From Amoebidium appalachense (lineage: Eukaryota > Protista > Ichthyosporea), in contig CAVNZM010000008.1 in assembly GCA_963693365.1 (NCBI GenBank), positions 5,294,310 through 5,358,309 on the forward strand: 64,000 bases of DNA, given 5' to 3'. Positions 1 through 16,910 of this stretch are shown here, in pieces. The stretch's first letter is position 1; each line of letters opens with the position of its first letter. A program made the position numbers and the translations under genes. Below the pieces are notes generated by a model. It saw only the letters and a list, made by a program, of their open reading frames with translations. It searched no databases and had not been told where the DNA came from.

Positions 1-652
1 TGTGTGTGTGTTTGGGGGGGGGGGGGGGGGGGGGAGGGGGGGGTTTCCGACTGGTGGTTATGTCTGTGTTTGTGTTTTTGTGTGCGTCACAGGGTGTTTT
101 TGTGCGTGCCTTACCCCCCATTTCTTTCTTTTTTTCCATTCTTTTCCCCGTCGTCGTCGTCTTCGTCTTTTTTTTTTGTTGGCGGGTGTTGATGGTGGTT
201 GTGGTCACCAGGTGGCGGGCGCCCCGAGGGGGGGGGGGCGAGTTGATTGTCTCGCCCAACTCTGCTTTGTCTAGATCTGTTGGCAGACATTGGTTCCTAG
301 CTAGACTACCTAATACTCTGCAAGTGTGTCTGCTCGATTGTTTGCACACAGCCCCATAGGAGAACATAACCGTAGTTGTGGAGGCTTGTGGTTGCAGGGT
401 TGACCGGGTGTGTATGTGTGTGTGTGTGCGTGCATATGTGCGGGTGTGTGTGTGCGTGCGTGTTTGAGTGCACGTATGCATGGGCACGTGTGTGTGTGCG
501 TGTGTGCGTGCGTCGTTTTTTTTTTTTTTTTTTTTTTTTGGGGGGGGGGGGGGGGGGGAGGGGGGGGGATAATCAGTGTGAAAGTGCTGCCCTTGCCTGT
601 TTGTCGTGATAATCAAGGGCAGCAGGGACTGACATGTGTTTGCCCTATGCAG

Positions 653-820
653 GAGCCACGCACAGCCACGGTGACAGTGACCAAGCGCTGTGTGCTCATC
701 TCCCTGGCAAGAGAGAGCTTCCAGACCTTCCTCAAGATTGCCCCAGAAATGGCCGAGGTTCTCAACACGAGCATGGTGGAGAGAAGGGCACGTGCACACA
801 CACTCACAGAGCCCCGCTAG
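653..820 (+). CDS. Exon of a cyclic-nucleotide-binding (cNMP) domain protein; rest of gene lies upstream of the window
   Basis: After acceptor ccctatgcAG| the frame reads EPRTATVTVTKRCVLISLARESFQTFLKIAPEM, matching the PRTATV phosphate-binding cassette and hinge helix of cNMP domains. The 3' end is uncertain (donor near 788-792 or stop at 820). Confidence 0.75.
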   Translation, partial: EPRTATVTVTKRCVLISLARESFQTFLKIAPEMAEVLNTSMVERRARAHTLTEPR

Positions 821-1999
821 ACATGTGTGTGTGTATTCAGCGATCCACGTGTGTATGTGTGTGTGTGGGCCGCGCGTGTGTGTGGGTGGGTGTGGGTGGG
901 TGTGCCCTGGGTGGGCGGGGGAGGGGGTGGGCGTGTGTGGGTGTGTGGCCAGGGAGGGGAGGGAGGGGGGGGGGGGGGGGGGGGGGGGGATTGTCAATCT
1001 GAGAGGTGTTTGTGTGTTTGTTGTGTACGGGCGTGGCATGTGTATATGCACTCTGCCACTGGCAGGTGCCTAGTAGTATACCAATCAGACTGTTGTCCAG
1101 GTGTACATACCAAAGCCCGCGAGGTCACGCTGTAAACGTCGTGTGTATGAAATGGATATCGCTAATTTAGTAATACTATCATAATGGGCTTGTTCTTTTT
1201 TTCAGAGGGCCGTGGCTTGTTCTTTCTTTTCCCCTGCTTGGGTGTAGGTGGTGGTGGTGGGGAGAGGGGGGGGGATGGTTTCGTTAGTATTAGATATGTT
1301 TCATAGTCGCCTTGAAATCATGCGGCGACAGCTACGTATACTCGAGCTTTTTGAATGCGGTTGGGGTAATTAAACGGCTTAATAAGGCTTGTAAGAAAAG
1401 GCGCAAAACACAAGCACAGAGTCATGCGTACGATCAGTATGATTGATCGAATTCATGATCATGAATATTTATTTTGCAATACATAAATAAAGCACGCCAG
1501 GTGGAAATACATTGACGAGATCCGGACCGTGACTAGTGCCGTGACTACTGACACGCGGTACCATCATATCGTAGGCATGATATCACCTTCCTGAGAGATG
1601 GCCGTGTGCGTGTGTGGGGTGTGCACGGTGTGGGACCCGGGGTGTGTGTCGGGCACTGTTTGTGTGTGTGCGCGCTATTCAGAATCATCACTCGAAGCCC
1701 GAGAGGTTCAGGCCTCTCCGGTCAGCTTCTCCGGATCCGGTCACCGTGTTGACTGACACATTTTCACAGGCCGCCACAGCGTCATGATAGTCGATTATGA
1801 GACAGGCGTGGGCCACATATTCGTCATACTGATATTCGTCATAGGTATATTGAAAAAAACAGTCGTGTGCCGCCATGGCCACGGCAGGGCCAGAAATTAC
1901 AATGCCACTTGGACCTAAAAACGCCACCTGAAACACAAAAAAAGCCACTTGACATGGAGCGCCAGGTCCACTAAACTCAGGGCCAGTGGACCTAAACAC

Positions 2000-2004
<5 letters not shown>

Positions 2005-2066
<62 letters not shown>
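2005..2066. repeat. (TA)n microsatellite
   Basis: Direct reading of the sequence. Confidence 0.95.
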
Positions 2067-2068
<2 letters not shown>

Positions 2069-3073
2069 CCCAGTTGAGTGTAAGTGGAATACAGGCAAAG
2101 TTGCCAAAATACATATGCGCCACCTTTCAAACAAACCTACCATCAGATAACAGCGTCGTGCAACCACGGCTCACGGTGAGTCACGGTTCAACAGTTGTGG
2201 CGACAACAACGTTGCAAACGGTGCGTGCATTGCTGCATCTGTGCACACACCATGTCGTCAGCAGTGGGCCACAAAAAATGCCCCACACGCCAGAATTCAT
2301 TGCAGTGTGCCGTTCTCAGAGCTGTGCCGCCTACTGATCAGTATGTCGTTTGAGCGTTTGAGTCACAAGGGTTATTCTACAATTTCAACAAAAAGCCCCT
2401 CAGTGGGTCCTCACTCAGTCAGCGAGCCAGCTGTTGCTGCCCGGGCGTCACATGGTGGGTGCCGCTGCAGTAGTCATACTGTGGATACATCGATCGACAG
2501 AATGAAAACACTGTCACATATGATGTACAAGCACAACAACTTGAAAAAGTATTGTAGGAGAGTGCATTACAGCAGCCACTTCAACGTTTTGTACATTTTG
2601 TAGTGCCATATTGCGAGTTTATGATTCCTTTGTCTCTTTCTCCAGCACCGCCGAGTGTCTACCTTGGAATGAGAGTTATGTATGAGACCTCGTGATTCGT
2701 GTCCCAATTGCTGCCGCGGTGGCGTGACCGGTGGCTCCTATTGGTTGGTTTTCCTTTTAGTCACCCAATCGAACGCAACCCGGCTCATGGAAACAGCTGC
2801 ATATAAAGTTATCCGGAGGTCACTAACAGTTGGATATCTCCCTGTTTTCAAAAAGGACAGATTGTTATGGGCTGTAGCTACTTGAAGATGAGTAATTAAT
2901 GAGTGCTTCTCCACCAATTCGAAATTTTTTTAAACTATTTCGACGTAAATTACAGCTTGAGCTCACACCAACAGTTCACTTTGATAACCAAAGATCTAAT
3001 GAATATTTATTCAAATATTGCAAAGCGATTATCCGGATAACTTCATTAGGAATGTGATCATGTACCGCCAAGA

Positions 3074-3082
3074 TATATAAAA
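3074..3082 (+). promoter_or_regulatory. Possible TATA box of the GDH gene
   Basis: TATATAAAA about 130 nt upstream of ATG 3211; positional inference only. Confidence 0.3.
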
Positions 3083-3174
3083 GTTTCAAGGTGGCTCAGA
3101 AAGTTGTGATCCTCCGAAAAGGTGTACTTGAACTTTTTGAAGCACCTACCTACACACCGTTTTGAAAAGTTTAG

Positions 3175-6064
<2,890 letters not shown>

Positions 6065-6678
6065 TTTTACCTAATTTGGTAATTGCTTGACCTAAAATGG
6101 TAACCATATAGCTTTATTTGGTAACTGCTTTGCCTTATCCGGCGTTTTGAAAGATAAGGCGCCATGGACTAGATGGCTGGTGACCCATAATCCTCGTGGT
6201 AGACATGAATGTTGAATGAATAGCCTTAAATGGTAATGTGTACCGTGCCATGACTGGATATGGCATGTGAGCTCTCTTGCTGGCATGCGCAGCCGCACCT
6301 GAGTAATCAGCCTAGCCATTTGTGTGTAAATCTTATTCATGAACTGAAATGTGCTGATGAAATCATACTGTTCCTGATACCTTATTATTGCCACGAGTGA
6401 TCGAATACCTTTTTAGGCTATACTAGTGTCGACGTGGTGTGTGGCCCACGTTTAGACTTGTGAGCTCTCCCCGCCTGCCAAAAACATTGTGTGGGAAAAA
6501 AAAACGGTTTCCGAATTTGCTGCAATAAAACGAAAAAAATTAAATCCGAAACTTTGATAAGTGTGCCCCACCGGGGCAGCGCCAGTTTAGCCACGTGTTT
6601 TTTGTGCTGTGAAATTGAGCACATCTGGAGGAGCAGGGGGGGGCAGCACTGCCTTCTAGGGTGGATGGCCATGGATGT

Positions 6679-6717
<39 letters not shown>

Positions 6718-6882
6718 CTCTCGAGCCCTCCCTGTCTTGCCGAGGAGGCTCTCTCTTTCTCTCTGCCTCTCTCTCTCTACCTGAACGGGAGAGGCCTCCT
6801 ATAAGGTGCCATGGTCTAAGTAGTGAATTCTCGCTGCAGCCTGATGGTTCTAGCTTCTGCTAATCTAGGCTATCTCCGCGAG

Positions 6883-7340
<458 letters not shown>

Positions 7341-7423
7341 CGTGTGTGCGTGTCGGTGTGTGCTTAAGCCTATATGGTGCTGCTGGGTGTCACAAATGTT
7401 TTTCAACCCGTTTTTTTTTTTCA

Positions 7424-7479
<56 letters not shown>

Positions 7480-7654
7480 GTGGTGTGTTTATCTCCCCCC
7501 CCCCCCCCCCCCCCCCCCCCGAGTCTCCCCTCAAACACACCGTGACCCACACCAGTCCACACCACCCCACACCACCCCCTTAGCCCCTCCGTGCCCCGCC
7601 TCCCTTCGCGTGAGCCAGCCTCTCCAGTCTCCCTGCTGGTCCACCGCCCGCACG

Positions 7655-8416
7655 CACGCACACATTACACACACATCGTATCTAGCCCAGTGACACACGT
7701 ACCTGCACACACACTTACACACGCACACATTACATACATCGTATCTAGTCCAGTGACACACGTACCTGCACACACACTTACACACGCACACATTACACAC
7801 ATCGTATCTAGTCCAGTGACACACGTACCTGCACACACACTTACACACGCACACATTACACACATCGTATCTAGTTCAGTGACACACGTGCCTGCACACA
7901 CACTTACACACGCACACATTACACACATCGTATCTAGTCCAGTGACACACGTACCTGCACACACACTTACACACGCACACATTACACACATCGTATCTAG
8001 TCCAGTGACACACGTACCTGCACGCACACTTACACATGCACACATTACACACATCGTATCTAGTCCAGTGACACACGTACCTGCACGCATACTTACACAC
8101 GCACACATTACACACATCGTATCTAGTCCAGTGACACACGTACCTGCACACACACTTACACACGCACACATTACACACATCGTATCTAGTCCAGTGACAC
8201 ACGTACCTGCACACACACTTACACACGCACACATTACACACATCGTATCTAGTCCAGTGACACACGTACCTGCACACACACTTACACGCACACATTACAC
8301 ACATCGTATCTAGTCCAGTGACACACGTACCTGCACACACACTTACACGCACACATTACACACATCGTATCTAGTCCAGTGACACACGTACCTGCACGCA
8401 CACTTACACACGCACA
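7655..8416 (+). repeat. 63-bp minisatellite, ~12 copies
   Basis: Unit cacattacacacatcgtatctagtccagtgacacacgtacctgcacacacacttacacacgca recurs every 63 nt (a few units are 61 or 65 nt). Confidence 0.95.
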
Positions 8417-9959
8417 CGAGGTGCACAAACCGTGTGGCCGACTCACAGGGGCCGGGAGGCCACGTCATACATTAGACATGAATCATGCAGATCCACCTAC
8501 CCACACCACTCAAGTGTGTGCATGCACGTACACCGCAGTGATTCCCCGCCACATAGGCACACACACCTGAACACCCAAGGCGAACACGTGGCAATAATTC
8601 AGTTGACCGTATACGTAACGACTGCAGCCTTTGGTGAGTGTAAAAGAGACTCTTTGGCAATCGCGCGCAAGCGGGGACCGAGAGGAGGGGGGGGGGGGAG
8701 GGGGAGGGGGGGGAGGGGGGACCCCCCCTTCCCCCGCGGCCCGGGAGGGGGAACCCACCTAGGGGGGGCATCGATATTCAATTACTAAAGTAATACCCCC
8801 CCCCCCCCCCCCCCCCCCCTTCCCCCCTCCCCCTCCCCTCCCCGCCATCAATTTCGAAATCAAAAATCCCTAAGGCTTTTTTGATTTTGAAACGGGCCCG
8901 GGGGGTAGTAGTAAGTTTGGTGGTGGTGGTGGTGGTGGGGGGGGGGGGGGGGGGGGGGGGCACCATCCCCCAAGTACGAGGGTCGGGGGGGGGGGGGGGG
9001 GGGGAGGGGGAGGCCTTGGGGGTCCCACCACCACCCAGGGGGGCCGGGAGGGGAGGGGGGGGGGGGGGGGGGGGGGGGGGGCTACCCAAAAATGACCAAT
9101 ATGTTATTAGTATGTCTATTTGATACCAACTTAAAACATTATGGCATTGGCACCTTCTCTACATCCACATCAATCATCAGGCCCTGGGTCATGACCTGCT
9201 TACTATCTAGGCATCCCTCCCCCCTGAGGCTCCCCCCCCCCCTCCCCCCCCCCCCCCCCCCCCTGAGAGGCTCCCTCCCCCCGCCTTCCCCCCGGGACGA
9301 CCGTGGGCCCGTGGGGGCCTCCCCCCTCTACCCCCCTTAGGATGTCATACCGAGACTGCAATGACTGGTTGGTCATGACCACCAATTTCAAGTCTCGACG
9401 ATGTACAGTAAAGCACCCTTGCACACATGCACTGAGACACACGCGCGCACGCTCTTTAATACGCTCACAGACTGCCGTAGGGATTATACTAACTCGGTGG
9501 TTATTTAATTATAATAAATATAATAATATAATAATATAATTATAATAGTATCATGATAATGCGCGCGCACACACGTGGCAATTTTTCTGAATCCCTTTTT
9601 TCCTCTCTAACTGCTTCCCCTTATCTCCCCCCCTCCCCCTATCCCCCCCCCCCCCCACCGACCACCATCACACCACCACCACCACGTACCGCGCCTCTTT
9701 TTCGCTTTTTATCTATTCCCCCCCCCCCCCCCCCCGGTCATTTGTCTGACACAACATCATCCATCATCATGCACCATCATGCATGCTCAATGACATTATC
9801 CCGCACACACATATTATGGCAATCATTACACACATGCCACGGAAGGCACATGCACACTTGCAAATTCGTGCTAAAGAATTTGGGAAGACTCTCAATCATG
9901 CACAGCCTGGCACGGGCAGCCTTTCCATCGTATTACATGTTGGCAGGTGTCCCCCTTCC

Positions 9960-9995
<36 letters not shown>

Positions 9996-10034
9996 ACCCA
10001 ACCAACACCTGCCGGAGGGAAACCAGTCAAATGA

Positions 10035-10943
10035 TGCTGTATTTTCCTTGAAGACACGAATTTCAAGAAAGAGAGAACTAGAGCGCTTAAACCCCTGGCA
10101 AATTTCCTTGAAGCAGAAGTTGCCTCCTTTCTATCTAACAACTGTTGTAAACCTGGGCCTGTAACGCTCTCGATATATGGTCTGGTCCCAATAGCTGCTA
10201 GAGTATCCTATCTCGCGCTGAAATTCAATAAGCACATAAGCCGCTTAAAGAAGTATTTGCCCTCCCACCCTCTCTTCTCTATCCGACGTGTCCCCTCCTC
10301 ACCTCTCCCCTCTTTCCTCCCCTCTCTCTCCCCTTCTCCCCTGGGCACAAATACAAATAAACCCCGCAATAGTGTGTGTGTGACTTTGGACTGCCACTTA
10401 CTTGTTAAACATGTACACAATCACAAGATAATCACGCAATATAACAAATGGAAAAAGATACCACACGACACTAGACCCGATGAAAGCATACACCTTGAAA
10501 AACTAAGCCTTATGTCTCGTTTTATATATACTGACCGCCTCAACCATATTGCCAAATATGGCACTCGCAAGTGTATAACACCTAAATACATATTACCTTC
10601 CTGTAGAACTGGTCTTTCTCTAGCTGATGGTATTATTGATCAATTACCACGCTTTTACTGTACACGTGCTATACAGTGGAGATCTAATAAGTATAAGGTG
10701 GCATCATTTGCATGCCCAAACAACACACACACACACCAGTTTAACCGGTCATGTATCGCCAAATGTAGTTTGATAGACCACATAATACCGCAACACACAC
10801 ACGTCACATTCACAACAGACACCCAGAAAGATAGCCTACCTGTAAATTACAACATCCTTGATTTTATACTAAACACGCGTAACTACGACCTGTTTATTAG
10901 ATGTATTGATTGGCTTGAGAAACACATCACTGCAAAATTATAG
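10035..10943 (+). mobile_element. 5'-truncated 3' end of a non-LTR (LINE-like) retrotransposon ORF
   Basis: Stop-free frame from ~10035 (..SIYGLVPIAARVSYLALKF..) through RAIQWRS..C....H..R.CI..C..ILDFILN, resembling post-RT and Cys/His C-terminal regions of fungal/protist LINEs; followed by a (CA)n run. No RT core in view. Confidence 0.5.
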
Positions 10944-11020
10944 CGCACGCGCACACACACACACAAACACACACACACACACACACAACCAGCTGATACC
11001 GAGTGTCCCGAGGGGAGCCC

Positions 11021-11058
<38 letters not shown>

Positions 11059-12714
11059 GGGGAACCCCAACTAATTGATTTCTCCTTGTAGTCTTTATGG
11101 TGTCTCGTAGAGAAAGTAAACCCTGATATATAGTCACCACCCGACATCTATGTACGTGATCATGATATACCGCTGAGGGGATATTCCGAGCAAAACCCCC
11201 CCCCCATACCTGAGACTGGTTCTCTTTGCCTCGAGTAAACAGCGTAAACCCCCCAATATATAGTATTGTAAAGAAACCAACGGTTATTTTAAGAAGGCAA
11301 GGGCGACATAAGCCACAACCGTGGCCGTTAGCTTATCATGGTAATGCAATGCGGTGTACATACATGTACACAATGTTATGTCACGCTGACCATGTGCCAA
11401 GGCCTCCTCTATAGCACTCCTATAGGAGGCCTTGCTATGTGCACGAGCCTCTAGTAGGCCTGTGCAGCGAGGCTCCTGCAGATCATGCACACGCTACAGG
11501 ACTCAAAAATTAACATTACATTCACTGCATGTGGCAGTCATTATTGCATTAAAAAATCGAATGTACCATGTTAGGCCACACGACATTATAATTTGGCCGC
11601 ATATTTTATGTTAATTTTCTTCCAAAAAAAAAACCATGATGTGTGTACTGTGCCAAATATTTAGAAGATGATAGCATTATGTATCCGGGCCCCCGGGGCT
11701 CTCCTAAATTATTGTGTGCTATTACAAGTAGTTACTAATAGGCAAAACGAACCGAATTTCATCCCAAGGCCTGTTTGCCGACTTATTAATATTCCTAGCA
11801 CAATGACCGTTCAATTTGACAACTCCTTGTAGTCATGTATACATGTCCATATCCTCCCCCCCCCCCCCCCCCCCACCACCACAAAAAAAAAAAAAAAAAA
11901 AAAAAAAAGACACACACACACACACAGCAACATGGTGGACTTTGGAGACGCACGTTCGCGCACACACACACACAAATCGCATTATCTGGCAAAACAACTA
12001 CATGCATATGAGATGCTTATTGACAACTTGTCCTGTTGCCCTTTTTTTTTTTTTTTTTTTTTTGTTGTTTGGGGGGGGGGGATTTTGATGCGATCGGAGT
12101 GGGGGTTCAACAGCGTGTGGAATATGAACCTGGGCGGAGCCGATTCAACGAGCTCAATGCATATGCACACAGTGCCAGCACATGGTATGCGTGCCACATG
12201 TGGGGCCGCGGAGTTCGAATTTTGTTTGGGTGCCCGTCGGCAGCAGATCTTCACGTAACCATGAACACACTACTTGTAAGCTACCCGCTAGACTAAGCTT
12301 AATGTCAATGTTAGTGGCAAAACACTACCCCAGCCAAACCAATTCATCCCCCCCCCCCCCCCCCCCGCCGGAGGCTCTGGCTCTGCTGTCGCCTGAGCCA
12401 GGCCCACCGGTTTGTCTAGATGCACAACTTGGCGACACCAAACGGAACAGTTCCATGATATATTCGTGAGGATAGATTGCCTCCGACCAGATACATCATC
12501 CAGGGGCCGGGTCCAAATTTCCCCCCATTTACCCTTATTATATCTCATGCCGGTTATATCCAGTGCAGACGGTCTGGCCGTCGAACCTTTGCTTTAACCT
12601 TTCAAAATCATTAAATACAAGAACAAAACGCGTCGGCTCCCCCGTCCCCACTGACATACAGCTACATACAACTACGCGCGTACATACACCACCAGTACAC
12701 GTGTGAAATGGGGG

Positions 12715-14377
12715 CTATTGAGAGAGCTCAGAGCGCAGCCAGTGAAGCACACCCTGACCCTCCACATAGTTGCACTGCTCAATGGCGCGCCACAGGGCCA
12801 GGGGGAAAAACGTCTTGTCCTGATTGTAATAGGGCCCCATCACCTTCTTCACAGCCTCAGTTGCCTCATCTGCATGGTAGAAAGGCAGCGTCGAAAAGAT
12901 GTGATGAACAACATGCGTGTCGACAATCTTGTGCGTCTTGTAGTTGAGGAACGCGCCGAGGTCACGGTCAATGGTGGAGATGGCCCCCCGGAGCCAGTTC
13001 CATTCGCCCTCATCGAAATGGGGAACATCGATGTGCGTGTGCTGCAGAAGGGTGACGGAGGACAGGTAGGCGTTGCACACGACGAGGGAGGGCACGTAGA
13101 GCCACAGCACGTAGTATGCACCGTACGTCTCGCACAGCAGGTAGAGGATGAACGTCCAGGCGGCAATGGCGCCGTTGCCTACGTGGATCTTCCACTTCTC
13201 CGAGTGCTGTTGGGTGGAGAGAGTGTAAGTTCTCTTATTCCTGCCTTAACGATGAAGGATGGACTACAGCATGTAAAATCTGGTTCGACGGGACAACGCA
13301 ACACAACGTGATCTTGTAGGTGTCAGCGACAAGCCAGTTCCTACTTCTGCAATCATTGCTACAATGATCTGTATCCAAGCAAATGCAGTCCCCATGCAAA
13401 AATAACCCCACAAACAAGTCTTAGGAGCTAAGGAAGTCACAGCGCTCGAAAAGAAAACACCGGATAGGTGCGTCCTACTCGATAGGTAGTGAGATGCCTA
13501 AAGTGCATGCCGGCCGAGGAACCAAGGAGCCCGTTATTCTCTCGTGTCCATTTTGTGTAATTTGTGGATGGACATTCCTACCATGGCAACCACAAGGCCA
13601 ACATATTCACCGAACACCAGTCATCTCACCTATGCCCCCCCCCCCCCTTCATCCCCTATCGACCCCCCACCCTTTCTCCACCAACACTAAGCACTCAAAA
13701 CACACCTTGACCCAGGGGCCGTTGGGGTCGAAGTGGCTGACAGGGCCCTTGCCTTTGTTCATGCTCTCACCACCCAGGTTGAAGAGCAGGTAGCAAGGCA
13801 GACCAATGAGCAAAGTCACCGTGAAATTGCGCAGAGTGCGCATGAACGGTGTGCGTGCATAGGGCACTGCCTCAGTAGACTCGGAAACGCGCACGGGCAC
13901 AAAAGGCTCGTCCTTGTCCATGTGGTTGGTGTAGTGGTGGTGGCGCGCGTGCGATGCCTGCCAGGCAAAGTAGGGAACATAGAGCGCAGAGTGCAGGATG
14001 CACCCAACAACATCGTTCAAGCCCTGCGAGGCGCTGAAGGCCCCATGGCCGCACTCGTGGGCGATAATCCACAGGCCGAACATAGTGGTGCCCTCGTAGA
14101 ACCAGAACAGCGCCCAGGCTGCCCACCGCAGCACCGGCCAGGCCTCCAACTGAACGTCCAACCACAACATCACTCCGGCCCACAAGGCAATCTCACCCAA
14201 ATCCATGGCAATGTGCAGGAAGCCCTTTGCTGCTGATCGCTCGAAGCAGTGTGCTGGGATGGCCTCACGCAGCTCCTTGAGCGTGAATGATGGGGGCTTG
14301 TCGTGGATGCTCTTGGTGGGCTTCTCCACTGCCCCGGGCTGAGCCCTGTGCTTGAGTTCGTCCGATGGCCGACACAT
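12715..14377 (-). CDS. FAD2: Membrane fatty-acid desaturase, delta-12/omega-6 (FAD2-like), 2 exons (14377-13706, 13206-12715), ~387 aa
   Basis: PPSFTLKELREAIPAHCFERS; histidine boxes HECGH, HARHH, HVVHH; LQHTH, WNWLRGAISTIDRD. A phase-0 GT-AG intron joins in frame; no cytochrome b5 domain. Confidence 0.93.
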
Positions 14378-15206
14378 GTTTGAAACGATGGAACGATTAC
14401 GACCGGTGTCCTATGTGGTGGACTTGTGTGTCTAATAACGTGTGCCCAGGATAACTGAGCGCCACTCCAAACTCGAAAAGGTTGGAAGGGGCGAAAGGGC
14501 ACTATAAACACACACCCGGCCTTCACTTTTCGCTCCTGAACTCTGTGTTAGACCATGGAACTAAAAGCGTTTCGGCACTGTGTGCACTATTCATACACAA
14601 ATAAACCACGTGTGCATGCCACTCGCAAGTGCGCGGTTCCATCGCATTGGGCTATCTGATAGAGTACGGTAAAATGATGTAGCCAATCATCAGTCACGAT
14701 CTTGAGGAATCAGGCGATGGAGAAACGTAGTGTCCTTGTAGAACAGCATATGATTACCAATTTTAGTCCAAGGTCAATTATATTTTTACCAATATATATA
14801 TTCTTCATTATTAATTCTCTGAAACTACAAAAACTATACCTGCACGAATATGTCCTCGCACATTCCTCTGCCAATGTCACACACCATGGCGTTGAAAGCA
14901 TGCCGCCGAAGCCAATCAGATCACTCAAACGTTTTCGTTGGCGGTGCCGTTTGAGCCAATCGGATGCGACCGGCAGCCACCAGCAAATTTCTGTGTCGCT
15001 ATGCTGCTGCTTTTTGTAATTTGTATGACGTGGAGTGACTTGCCTACTTGCAACGCAACTCGAACTTAGCGGCTGAGACACATGTACACGCAAACATCCT
15101 CTACACGTAAATCTGTCTTGATAGTCTGTTTCATTATTTTCCTCTTCCTCTTCACGTTATCAATGTCTTTGACAGCCTAGCCCCCCTCCCTCCCTCCTCC
15201 TCCCCT

Positions 15207-15241
<35 letters not shown>

Positions 15242-15261
15242 TTCTCCCCCCCCCCCTCCCC

Positions 15262-15466
15262 CGGTGACGGTGAGCTCATGAGGCCGTAGATCCTGAGTCG
15301 GGTTTTCTCGACGAGGTGAATGGGTCGAAACTCGGTACCGTGGATTACTTGGGCCTCCCCTAAGGATATAATGTGCTTAATAAGCATATTCTTTGTGTGG
15401 TTTGCACTCTGCAGTATGTCGTCAGTTATGAATTTGTACTTCGTACTCTACATTGCTTTCTTAAGC
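15262..15466 (+). mobile_element. Poly(C)-anchored structured repeat, diverged subfamily B
   Basis: ctgagtcgggttttctcgacgaggtgaatgggtcgaaactcggtaccgtggattacttgggcc...tgtacttcgtact aligns with the subfamily A core and 3' end; flanked by C runs. Confidence 0.75.
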
Positions 15467-15817
15467 CCCCCTTCCCCTCCCACCCTCCCACCCTCCTCTA
15501 GCCCCCTTGGACTCTGTCCGACCTTACATCTCACGCATGTTCTCAACGTGAAGGGATGTTGTTCCCCCTATTATTGGTCAATTGAAGCTTCGACCAACAA
15601 TTATTGTGTAACACAAAAAACAACAAAGCAGCCGAAAACCTACTGCCCTTGTCTCATATGGGAACCCCACCAACTTCCTTGCCAAAAGTTCCTGGTATGG
15701 CTGAAACCACCCCACTTCTTTTCTTGCAACTCAGAGCACAACTTTTGGGTTTTAAGTAGGAGGTATGTGCTGCATAGATTGGACACACACACACACGCAC
15801 CTACACACACAGACACG

Positions 15818-15855
<38 letters not shown>

Positions 15856-15865
15856 CGCACAAACG

Positions 15866-15899
<34 letters not shown>

Positions 15900-16151
15900 C
15901 ATAAACAAGCACACACACAAACACGCAGAACTTTAGTGTGGGTTGGTGGTCCCTCGTGCGTGATTTAAGAGACATTGGAATAGTCTTGTTAGACTATTCC
16001 AAAGTGTATATGCGTGAATGGAGAGGCCAAACAGTCTTGGAGCAAAGACCACTAAGTAGTCTTGTTGTGTTACTACTCCATTCCCCCGCCCCCCCCCCCC
16101 CCCCCCCCCCCTTCTCCCTCACCGAAAAAAAACAAAAAAAAAACAAATAAC

Positions 16152-16185
<34 letters not shown>

Positions 16186-16409
16186 CACACACACACCAGC
16201 TAGGATCTCTATGGATACACGTTGACTTTTTTTTGCACGAGGCACATAATAGGTGCCCGTTATATGGAGCCGATTGTCGGGCTTAGTAACTTACTCAGTG
16301 ATACGATTGTTGTTAGTCAGACTGGCTGCCTGATTTTTTCCTCTGGACGGCAGTGAAAGCCTTTGTCGGGTTGGCGCCTGGGGGGTGAAGGGGGGGGGGG
16401 GGGGGGGGG

Positions 16410-16910
16410 TTTGAATGCGTCATAAAGTACGAAGTACACAAGAACAACGGATAACACGATGCAGAATGCAAACCATACATAAAGAGTATGCATAATAAGC
16501 AGAGCCCATCCTCAGGGGGGGCCCACGTCATCCACAGTACCCAGAATGCAAACCATACATAAAGAGTATGCATAATAAGCAGAGCCCATCCTCAGGGGGG
16601 GCCCACGTCATCCACAGTACCCGAGTTTCGACCTATTCACCTCGTTAACGAAACCCAACTCAGATACTGTTTCACTTGAACATGGGTAGGTCACCCGTCT
16701 TGATCAGAGACGAGCAGGGTTGCTTATGCAGGCAAGGGCAGTGGGAAAGGCCGGGGGTTAAAGTTGCAGCAGTATGCAGAAGCAAGAAAAATATAGATAG
16801 GAACTCAGGAGACGGGGCTTCTGGGAAGCTCCCCCGTCACTACCTAAGTCGATATCTCCCTGGCTAACATACTACACCAGCTGAAAAGAATTAAGTCCCG
16901 AAGGCCGCAG
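16410..16910 (-). mobile_element. Poly(C)-anchored structured repeat, subfamily A, copy 2 (inverted, with internal 80-bp duplication)
   Basis: Reverse complement of ~23689-24111; poly-G on both sides on the + strand. Confidence 0.9.

Noticed and set aside
1866-2000. Possible DNA-transposon end (cagggccag.. with gccac.tg sub-repeats)
   Set aside because: No matching opposite terminus, TSD or transposase was found in the window.
7655-8416. CRISPR-like array
   Set aside because: There are no unique spacers; it is a plain tandem repeat in a eukaryote.
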